A stretch of 64,000 nucleotides of DNA from the human T2T-CHM13v2.0 reference genome, Homo sapiens. Made by a program: the position numbers and the translations under genes. This document shows, in pieces, positions 50,931 to 64,000 of the stretch (its first letter is position 1; each line of letters starts with the position of its first letter). The notes under the pieces were generated by a model. The model was not told where the DNA came from and searched no databases. It was given only the letters and a program-made list of their open reading frames with translations. Where the stretch lies: assembly GCF_009914755.1 (NCBI RefSeq), contig NC_060926.1; one strand, 5' to 3'.

Positions 50931-53020
50931 GATTCAAATACTTGTCTTGCCTTGTCGGGAGAACTCAGTCACAGCTGAGAGGTATTAACTGGCCTGACAA
51001 GTAAACAATACATTCAGGTAAGTGTTTTGTCTTCCTCTCACTTGACAGACACATTTTGTGCTCTTTTCCTATGATTCCAAAGCTCTGGCTCTCTGTGGAC
51101 ATCAAAAATGAAAACCTCCAGTTCTTGTTTTTTACAGATTACTGGCCCCTCACTTTTAATTTTCTCTATTATTGGAATTAATCGACAACATGGCATTGAT
51201 TTGTAGGAGGAGGATATACTGGCGAGAATATTTTTTAAGAAAGCACATGTGAAATTGTGGTGTGACAAAAGAGATAAGCTATTAGGATTTTGCCAGCACA
51301 GATCATCTTTCACATGTAGCCACAAAATAACTGTGATTATCACTCTTGTTTTAACAAGTTTTTCTTGAGGCAAAACATATTTTAAAAGACTGATTAGAGA
51401 AACCTGATAATGCTCTCTTATGTCCTCTGCCATCTAGCATAGAGTGTTAGATTCTCTGCAAGTATTCTCTGTGAGTGTTGTAATCTCAATCCTGACTCAC
51501 TGAAGAGCTTGAAAATTTTTCACTCATGAGATTCAGGATTACTGCTCCTTCAGAGAGACAAGTCATTTATTTGACACTTCAGGGGTGAATTAGTAATTGA
51601 GCTAAGTAGCTTTTTAATTGTGGGCAGAATTTCTTCTTTTAGCGTCACCCTGGTAAACAAAACTACTTGCACACAGCCAAACATTGGCATGCTGACTTTG
51701 TTCAGAAGACAGTCCTGGTGCATTAGAAGAGGCAGCTGGGTGGCACAGTAAATGTGTCATTTGCTATGTAACATCTCTGTGACCTGGATTTAAATTTGCA
51801 GTGGCACAAAATGCAACCTCAGTTCTCTCAGAAGGCTATGAAGTCATTTGCAGTAAGCCTTGTGGAGAATCTAAAAGACTTTGGGTTTTTTGCCTCCCAA
51901 AACCCATTCTTGTTTGCAAAGATGGCAAAGAAGTTGATTTCTCTTAAAGGGATTGTTTAAAGGAAAAAGAGTGGACTTGACTAATCAACTAAAATGAATA
52001 CATATTGTTTATAATTTTTAAAAAAATCTGTCTACTGTGCTTCAGCCAGTGTCTTAGAAAGAATATAATTGTTCTGTGATTTTTTAATCAAGCTGCTTTT
52101 CTAGAGCATGAGTTCTGTTTGTCGTCTGTAAGGCAAAATCAGAATAAAGTGAAAAGCTTTAAAATAGAGGTGTTTCTTTCCCTAAAAGCATCATTACCTA
52201 CATTCTGCTGCATAATATTGTTCTTGCTGTTATATCTGAATGTCAGAATGAATTGCAGCTGTAACTATAAACTCAGACTGGTGTAAGGAAAACCCTGCTT
52301 TTCATTAAATTAATTCTAAATATACTTTTATTACAGTTTAATATTCCTTTCATATGGGGAAAATCATGCATTCTTGATTTTTCTTGAGTCAAAAATTTAA
52401 TGTCTTCTTTATTCTTATTTCTTGTGCTTCCAACAAGCCATTCAAATTCATTCAATTTACACCAACAATGGATCAATGAGTAAATTAATAAGTAAATTAA
52501 TCAGCCTTACCATCTAACTTTAACAGCCAAACCCTCAAGCTCATTTTCTTCCTTTTTAAAATTTCTACATTTATCTGCTTGTTTTTCTTAGGACATCAGT
52601 CTGTCTTTTGAAGCTGGCAAGAAACATCATTTACTGAAAACATAGCTCTTGTTTAGGATAGCAGACAAGGTGCTAATTGTTTCTAATGACCTCAAATGAG
52701 CTTTGTTGTTTGTTAAGAATGCTACTCAGAAAGGTGGCAGCCTTTTCTTTTTCCTTACTACTATGTCAAGCCAGGGCTGCCCAAAGCAAGGACTTTGAGT
52801 AATTGATAGAATCTACTCAAATACTAATATTGTCACATACTAATGAAATAAAGAGCTTTGCTTCCACAACTACCATTCCTGGTGACTGTTCGCTGTGTGT
52901 AGTTAATGCGTCAATCTAGTCATTTTCTAACATTTGTGCACAACAGAATTACTTGAAGATCTTTTTACAAATATGGGTTGCTGTACTGCAAAGAATTCTA
53001 TTGAATCAAAATCTCTAGAC

Positions 53021-53325
53021 CGGCACTCTCCAAAAGAAATATAATGTGAAACACATAGATAACTTTACATTTTCTGAAATTATCGTATTAACACAGGTAA
53101 AATTAACTTTAAAATGTATTTTATTTAATAAAATACATTTAAAATATTATTTCAACATACAATTAAGATTTAAATATTATTCATGAGATATTTTACATTT
53201 TTGTATTAAGTCTTTGGAATCTGGTGTGTCTTTTACAACGACAGAATATCTCAATTAGAATTAGGCAATATTTCAAATGTTTAATAGACACATGTGGCTG
53301 GTAGCTACTGCATTGGCCAGCACAG
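53021..53325 (+). mobile_element. MER33 hAT-Charlie element nested in a MER5-like relic (about 52915-53370)
   Basis: 'ctccaaaagaaatataatgtgaaacacata...atgagatattttacatt...catgtggctggtagctactgcattggccagcacag'. Confidence 0.8.
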
Positions 53326-53594
53326 TACTGATGAGCAGAACTCTGGAATCTGCATTTGAAGTAAGTTGCTTCTAAGACAGGTAGTCATCAACTATATTCA
53401 AGGGAAATTGTGCCAAGTATTTAACACTGCATAAAATGTAGGAAAAATAGAACTTTTCCCAAGAAAGTTGTTTTGCAGTGAAGACCTATGTATACAGACA
53501 CATGCATAAATAAGAATAACAAAAGTTGAAACATGACAAATGCAGTGAGAGGGACATAGAATGTGTTGTAGGGCTTCATAAGAGAGAGAAAGTT

Positions 53595-53630
53595 TAGCTG
53601 TGAGAGTAGCTGTGAGAGTAGCTGTGAGAG
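53595..53630. repeat. Perfect 12-bp tandem repeat, 3 copies
   Basis: (tagctgtgagag)3. Confidence 0.95.
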
Positions 53631-53643
53631 TATGGAGATAGCT

Positions 53644-53675
53644 TGTAATTTGGATAAGATGTAATTTGGATAAGA
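53644..53675. repeat. Perfect 16-bp tandem duplication
   Basis: (tgtaatttggataaga)2. Confidence 0.95.
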
Positions 53676-55249
53676 TGAAGACATTGGGATCCAAAGATGC
53701 TAATTGATTTTTCTGAAGTCTCACAGCTAATTGGCAGCAAAATCAAGTCTTATCCCTGTTCCTCTGACTCTTGATGCCCCCAGCCACCACACCAGAGACC
53801 TAATGATAGTAATCATTGATAGGGCAAAGACTCTCATTCCATTTTGCTTTCACTTTGCTATTTCCCACATACTCCATTTCCCGACTCAAATAGCTTTAAT
53901 TCTCAGGAAGGCTATTCTCCTAACAACATATTATCGTGTATTTGCAGATTGTAATTATGGTGCTCCTTACTATTTCCGACTTTTATAGAATGTTTGGTTA
54001 TCAAAGCATAAATGTTTTTCAAAGTTTCTCTCCTCTAAACTACCCATTATTTGCATCTTCTAAAATGCTTTCAAACACTTCTTAAATTTTAAGAAACCAG
54101 AAATGTTTAATTTCCCAATCTCTCTTCCTATTCATTTGATAGACATAATACAGTTAAGTGGAATTATAACATATCATTCTCCACTTTAATTTGTACTACG
54201 GACCTGGGAAATTGCATTCTGCAAAGATTATCTTTCTATACATTAAATAAAACACTGATTAATGTTTACAATAATCTAAAGATTATATACAGATTACATA
54301 AAACATTAGGGCTCAAAACCATTCAAAGAACACTATTTTAAAAGCATAATATCTTAAAGTATATTACCTCATTTAGTTAACAGTTAAATGGAATAGATCT
54401 TTTAACAATAACTTGAATCAGCTCAGCTTTTTTTATTAAATTTAAACTCAAATTTCCAATTAAAAGCTGTTCTGAAGTGAAAATATGATTAACTATAAAT
54501 ACTAAAGTACCATAATTTAAATTCTTAATTTAGTTACTTCATGATGTATAGCAAAATGCAGCATTTGAAGTAATTATTTATAAAATTACTTGGAGATAAT
54601 TATGAGCCAACCGAGAGGTAATTTGGCCAAATTAAATTTAAATGAATTTCCTAAACTTGTAATCATTTTTCAGAGTCATTGCAACAAAGAATTTCTATGA
54701 AAATATGAACTCTTGTCTTACTATGTTGGATCCTGCTCTTTGACACTTTGTTTTTGATGTAGAGAAAACAGTCTGCTGTTTAACATACAGCCTCCACTTT
54801 GCCCCTCATTTTGATTGTTGGGAGAGAGGAGACAAGATAAAAGGTTCATGATTGGTTTAAAATTCTGAATATACTTAATTGTGTTTTTCCTTTTGAAAAT
54901 GTTATAACCTAATAAGGTGAGTTTTTTAAAAAGGACAACCTGATCCTTGGTATCTCTTACACACCTTTGACGTATTTAATTGATCTGGGTCAATAGCTCA
55001 ACAGAGTGTATTTCAAATTAAAACACATTATTGTCTCTTACAACAGTAAGAAAGTGAGATGCATACTATCCTGTTTTTCCAGAATTTTCCATTAACCTAA
55101 GAATGATATCCTCTATTCATTGTATGGTGGACAGCATTGAAAACTGCTAAGGAGAAAGAAATAGGAAAACTGAAAATTTTCCAGATCTTTTTACTTTACT
55201 TTCAATAATGAGATTTGAAATGGTGTAATGTATATTTGCCTTTAAAAAA

Positions 55250-55390
55250 TTTAGATCTCTGTTGTCATTTAACAGGTGAAGCCACCAATGCCCATTGAAG
55301 GTAAGTTAACTTGGCCCAGGTTATCACATGCTAAATGGAGGTAAAGCAGATAATGAAATTTATCTGTCTAGACTGAGCTTTACTATTGTG
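55250..55390 (-). mobile_element. MIR fragment
   Basis: 'aggtaagttaacttggcccaggttatcacatgctaaatggaggtaaagcaga'. Confidence 0.55.
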
Positions 55391-56872
55391 TTTACGAATG
55401 GAAAAAGTGTTTTTAATATGAGGCATATTTCAAGATTATTTAAATTAGATTTCTCAACAAAGACTATTCAGATTATCTTTGTTATTTTGAAGATGCTTAG
55501 TAAAGGAAAGGTAACTTCCTTAGAAGCAGGTAAAAAGAAATTTCATTGCTAAAATACAGTAATTTTTAACCTACAAAAATGACAATTTCATATGGTTCAG
55601 CCTAATTGTTATCTGGATAGAAAGGCACAGATCATTTGTTGAATAAAATTAATAGTTCACTCTGAAGTAACAAGGATATTCATCTATCTTCATTCATCAA
55701 TCCTTCTCACAGATGATAGTATTATCTAATAATCATAGGGCCAAAATAATTTTCAGAAAGCACATGTGGGGGAAAAATAAGTCAAGATGCAGTTTAACAA
55801 AGACATCTTTCATCTAGAATATAAAAGATATCAACAGCCTTCCTCCTGACTTGTTAAAAAAGCTATGTTTATTTTTATTAATTCATCCTTTCCCACCATA
55901 GCTTTATAATTAGCCAGAAAATGTTTGAAGATATCCATATAGACCTGTTCACATTGCACTGGATTAGACTGTGCAAATATTCAACTACAACCTACAGAGG
56001 TGACCGTCCATAGCAAAGTTGCCAAGAATAAATGCTGGTCCCTATTTTAAGTTTTTTCTGAGTCTAAATGAGAAATAGGATTCAAAAGTATGATAGAAAA
56101 GCCCAATACATTTGTACTTCTATAAAAAGAGTATGGCGAGAGACTCAATTACACTAAAAAGGCCACATAAAGATTAGCTGTAAAAGTATCTAATAACACC
56201 ATATAAGGTTAAACTGCAAGCTAAAAAATTACCTCAAGATAATAGCTTCATATGCTACTTGGGCATGTGAATGACATAGCCTTACACATCATCTAGCCCT
56301 CCCTCCTTCAAGTGAAATAATAGCTAAAGGGAATATGATTCGTTTTCCTTCACAATTTAGTAAGTGCCATTACATATGCATTTTTCATACTCTTTTCAGG
56401 ACCTGGAATAGCATCCTGTAAGTAGTCATTTTCCAACAAGTCACTGTGCAACAAAAGGATTCATACTTTTTTTAATCTAAAATAAGATTTTTTATTCATT
56501 AGAAATGATTTCAAGCCAAAGTGACATTGAGAACACAAGAGGGTTTTTTCTATCTAAAAATCAATTATAGGCCAAAAATCTGCATAAAACTTATATATTT
56601 ATCAAATGATTGCTAAATATGTTCTAAGCATTAGACATGTAAAATATAATTTGAATAGAATACTTTTCCTCCTATTTGAACTCTACTTCTTACTATGGAT
56701 AACAAGAGTATAGGTACCTATTTCTTTGTTTCTACTTCTCTTTGGAGGTGTGCTGGAATATGAATACATCAATTTCAATTGTATGTTTTAATATTGCCTG
56801 AGAATAATCAACTGACCATCTGTTTGTGCTATTTTGAACATTTATAGTAAGACAAGATGTGACAGCAAGTAA

Positions 56873-59283
<2,411 letters not shown>

Positions 59284-59599
59284 GAAAATTGTTTTTTTTT
59301 TAAGAAAATGCAAAGCCTTGGCCAACTCTCAGAAAATATTATTCTAATTGCTGAGACAAATTTTATGCTATGAGCTAATTATTGAAATATTAAGTTGCTA
59401 AAACCATTGAGTAGAGAGAAATGAATATATTGTCTCATCACTGACTAATTCCACCAACTAGCACCTTTCTTACCTAAGGCTGGTTTTAAATCAACACGCA
59501 TCCAACTCCCATCTACTGAGTCTTAACTCTTTTTCAAATTAGCATGCTCAGTATTTTTTGAGGTAAAGAGAGGTATTAGATTAAGTGGAGCAAGGCTTA

Positions 59600-60045
59600 T
59601 ATTCATCATTTCACTATTTTATTCAGTGACTATTTGAGCACCTATGGCATACAGAAATAACTACAGCAGGACAAAATTCTTGTTTTCATGGAGATTATAA
59701 GAGGGAAACTAGAGAGTCGTTTTCCCTCTACTAGAAGGAAACAGATAGTGAACAAAACAGCATCTAATATTCCATGGAGTGTTAAAATGTTGTGAAGAAA
59801 AACAAAGCCTGTAATGGAAAAGGGGGTTCTCCTCTGTTTTAGACAGTGTTGTCTGTGATGTCCTCTTGGATACAGTGACACATGAGAAACACCTGGTTCA
59901 GAAAAGGCTAGTGTGCCCAGAACAGAGAGCTAGGAGTTCCACTTGCTGAGGTCAAGCAAGCAGCAGGGGCCAGCCAGCTCCTGCAGCATCTAATAGACAA
60001 TGGTGCAGATTTTAACTCAGAGTGAAGTGAAAAATACTCAACATA
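59600..60045 (-). mobile_element. L2 fragment
   Basis: 'tatttgagcacctatg...ggacaaaattcttgttttcatggagattata' is an antisense L2 3' end. Confidence 0.55.
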
Positions 60046-62582
60046 AGATTTTTTTTTCAATTGATGACTCATCTATAAGCTACCCTACCTGTTTTGTCTC
60101 TTCATGATCCAGGAATCCATCTCGGGGGGCTGCTGGTACCCTTATTCTACCAATAAGATTCTGAAAGAGTCTTCAGTACAAATGGTTGAAGGCCCTGGAA
60201 TCTACCTGACTCTACTATACTTCTGTCATACTGTCAGATAACAGCACCCTATGGATGTTCCGGTGGAGAAATCATTCTAACCCATTTCTCTCTAAGCTCG
60301 CTGGATACATTCAATTTGTATGCCCCTCTATGAATCTCTAGTATGTAGGAGTCAGACAGAGATGGACTGGATACTTCAGCCAGAGTTCAGGATGGTGCTG
60401 GCTTCCATATTCTTGCTAAATCAGTTTCCCTAAGTCAAGTCTATAACGTCCTGTGGACAATCATTCCCATTTTCTCTATTACACTGGTCTTTTCCTGCTC
60501 CTGGAAGATGACTATCTCCTTTCCCATCTCCAACTTCTTCTTATCTCTTGAAGCTGATTGGAATTGGTGCCCTGTTGTTCCACATGGAATTGATATTTGC
60601 TTAGTATTTATTTTAGAGCCCTTGTTTCTTTCCTTACTACTTCTAATTTCTCTACATTCTGTTTACTCAGAATAGACTACACACAAAAATATATGATTTA
60701 ACTCTATAGGTGAACAAACTCCCAAGTTCAAGATGTTAGTTACTATTGGTCAACTCCATAAATCACAAGTGCTTTATTAAAAACAGGAATAAATTATAAT
60801 GCTATAATGACATGGATTAATGGAGAGAGGTATCTGAAAATAAAAATATCACTGGTAATGCTTAAAAGTGTTTCATTTATTACAGGATTATCAAGAGGAG
60901 TTACTGGATGAAATATAGAGTATAACAGCAATTTTTAACAGAAAATCTCACCGTATTTCTTATCGAAGTGCTAGATTCTCATTCCTTTCAATCTTTTCAA
61001 ATGTATACACACAGATATTTCCATATTTATCTTTTGAGAAATAAAATTCAGAAAGTATAAATTAGACAGTCAGAGAGGGAGGCACTATTTAAACTATTGG
61101 TAGGAGATGAAAACCCCTATAAAGCAATGTAAATAGTATATATGTCCTTACTTAAAAATGCAATATCAGCTGGATTTTAATAGTAATTTATAACACCTTC
61201 TGCTTAAAGAGAAGATGTGTACTTATTCATTTGCTTAACATGAACTGATTTGCTATGTATAGAAATGATATTTACTATAAGCCTGTTAACTCACACAATT
61301 GAGTTTATATCTCTTTAGTTACTATTGTTTGGTAACAAGAATTAAGAAATAAATTGCACTAGGTCTCGTTTTTAATGTGGTTAATTTTTATCATAGTATA
61401 TGTTTTTGCCTTAGTCTTAAATTTTTAAAAAAAGTATTAAATCAGAAGAACAAAAATGTATTTTACCATCCAATTAACAAATACAGTTAATTACCCTGTC
61501 AGTCAGTGGATTATAATGCATCAGACATAAATCAGTGAGAAACTACTTAGGCTTGCACCCTGTAATCAGAGATACAAATTTTGGCAGCAGGTCACATAAT
61601 CCAGTGCTAAATGTGCAGCATTACTTTATTCCAGTAACATATTAACAAAATGTACAACCGTTTTGACTTGGTGGATGATCTAACAACATCCCGGCAAAAA
61701 GCCTTTGTCCATTTTTTACACAAATGTCTTTCTCTTGGTGATAAATGTATTTTGCAATTTTCATGATTAATCAGTGGTAGAAATTAACAGTGCCCTTCTA
61801 CTGCCTTGTAATTTTTAATCTGAGTACTTTAGAAATGCAGACTCCAAAGTAATAGGAAATAAAATATTTGTGTATTTTTTTTTCCCTAAATTCCTTCATT
61901 TTTTTTGCTTGCAATCCCCAACCCTGGCTAACTTGGCTTTCTAGAGCCCATAGGCCTCATGGCACATGTAAATATGCAAAATAAGAAATTACCTAAGACA
62001 TGATTTTATGACTGCTGTACATGACTCATTTATCCTGACGTGTATTTCTATTCTAAGCACAGAGTACACATGAAAAAAAAGTGAGTTTCCAAATTGTAGA
62101 AATATTCTAAGTGAAAGTGAATGATACAGTTGCAAAGAATATTATGTAACACAAGACTGTGGTTTCAAGTAAATGAATTTCCCTTTCTGTTTTCTGTTTT
62201 TCACGTGTTACTATACATGTGCCCCCTTGCTCTGGTTTGGTGGTGTGCTACACAAGTTCACCCTTAATTGTTTGCTATGTCATTTTCAACACCACTGTTT
62301 AAACATCTTCCAGATTTGCTTAATCTCTACCGCATTATTAATCGGCTCTCAAAAATGAGATTTCAATGTTTCAAACAATCCTTACTTCCCACTCTTACAG
62401 AACTGTCATTCTATTTCTTTTTTTCTTTTTTTTAACTTTCTTTCAGTTCTCTCTGTCCTGCAGCTATTTGGGCTACATACATTCATGCATTCAATCTAAA
62501 GTTTGCCTATATTATAGCCTACAATCCCTATCCTGGCTTGGCAACCTGCAAGTTAGTCCTAAACATATTCTAGTTGTTTCTG

Positions 62583-63722
62583 TTTTTTTTTTTTAAAGCT
62601 ATACATTGACAAATTATAGTATATATTTATGGGGTACAAAGTGATATTATGATTCATGCATACAATGTGGAATAATGAAATCAAATTAGTTAACATTTCT
62701 ATCACCTCAAATATTTATTTTTTTGTAGTGAGAACATTCGAAATGTACTCTTTCCAACATTTTTAAGTACACAGTACACTATCATTTACTATATTCACCA
62801 TGTTAAAAAAAATACAAAACTCATTTCTCCTGTCTGAGGCTTTGTAAGTTTTGAGCAGCATCATCTTTCCATTTCTTTCACCTGACCCCCACCTCCCGCC
62901 ACCCTCTTGTAACCATTATTCTATTCTCTGGTTCTATTATTTCTATTGTTTTAGATTCCACATAAGTGAAAACACACAGCATTTGTCTTTCTGTGTCTGG
63001 CTTATTTCACTTATAATGTTCACCAATTCCATCCATTTTGTTACAAATAAAAGAATCCTTTTTAAAGGCTGAATAGTATTCCACTGTGTTTCTACACCAT
63101 ACTTTATCCATTCATCTGTCAATGGACATTCAAGTTAATTCCATCTCCTGGCTATTGGGAATAGTGCTACAATGAACACTGGAGTGCAAACATCTCTTCG
63201 ACATACTGATTTCAAACCTTTGGGGTAAATCCTGGTAGAGGGATTTACTGTATTAAGATCCCAGTAGTGGGATTTCTGTATCATATAATTCTATTTTTGG
63301 TATTTTTAGGAACCTGCATACATTTTTCCATAATGGCTTTATTAATTTACATTCCCACTAAGGTTTGTGGAAATACAAGGGCTCTTTTTTTTTCCACACT
63401 CTTGCCAACACTTATCTTTCATCTTTTTGATAATAGCCATTGTTACATGTGTGAGCTGATATCTCATTGCAGTTTTAATTTCCATTTTCCTAAGATTAGC
63501 AATGATAAGCTTTTATTTCACATATCTGTTGACCATTTGTATGTCTTCTTTGAGGAAATTCTATTCAGGCCCCTTGCCCATTTTAAAATCAGATTATTTG
63601 TTTTCTTTCTATAGTGTTGTTTGAGATCCTTACATATTTTGCATATTAACCATTTATCAGACATCTGGCTTGCAAATATTTTTTCCCTGTCTGTGGGTAG
63701 TTGCTTTACTCTGTTATTGTTG
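62583..63722 (-). mobile_element. L1MA (MA5-7-like) 3' portion
   Basis: 'atatttatggggtacaaagtgat...atcacctcaaata...gtgagaacatt', 'ttagattccacataagtga' and 'aaggctgaatagtattcc'. Confidence 0.85.
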
Positions 63723-64000
63723 ACATTTTACATACCAATATACAAGCACATATAAAATGAAAAATACATTTTGTTTTACCAATGTATCCATTATTTTAGA
63801 TCAAGAATGTGGTAAACAATATAAAGGTATTAAAATGACTACTTTCAGAAGCAAATGTTCAGTGATACGATGAATGATGATGTACAGCGTCCACTTATCT
63901 CTAATAAACACCATTTACCTGCTTATACTAAAGCTATATGGTAATTCTGTTACAGGAATATCACAATTCCTAGTAACAATTCATTTAATGAGTTACAAAT

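Noticed and set aside
51038-51433. 131-aa ATG-initiated minus-strand ORF in unique sequence
   Set aside because: No recognisable domain or promoter; the length is compatible with chance. It would need PhyloCSF or Ribo-seq support.
60245-60490. Two similar stretches (gtggagaaatcattc...catttctct and gtggacaatcattcccattttctct) about 190 bp apart
   Set aside because: The similarity is short and gapped, and the flanks do not extend it.
61480-61800. Cluster of TAAT/TAATCC homeodomain-like sites
   Set aside because: These motifs are too frequent in AT-rich DNA to support a call without conservation data.

Overview
AT-rich, CpG-poor hominoid (most likely human) intergenic or deep-intronic DNA. There is no recognisable host protein-coding exon, RNA gene, CpG island or prokaryote-type system. 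The window is a layered set of transposable-element fossils: about 10 Alus or Alu monomers, L1s of many ages (including a young 5'-truncated L1PA2-like copy with an open 706-aa ORF2 C-terminus), solo LTRs (THE1, LTR1, MER34, MER61/48-like, LTR33-like, MLT1), hAT DNA transposons (MER58A, MER94, MER63, MER33, MER53, MER5), and ancient MIR, L2 and L3 relics. Family names are from recalled consensus sequences and were not checked against a database. I found no convincing new biological system. The most notable items are mutational scars: a perfect 64-bp palindrome centred on (TA)19, a patchwork templated insertion with a hairpin inside an L1, a twin-primed old L1MA, a mini-Alu with an adjacent 29-bp duplication, an AluYd-type deletion and a double-tailed L1PA2. 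A repeat-poor region near 51-52.9 kb is a candidate regulatory element.
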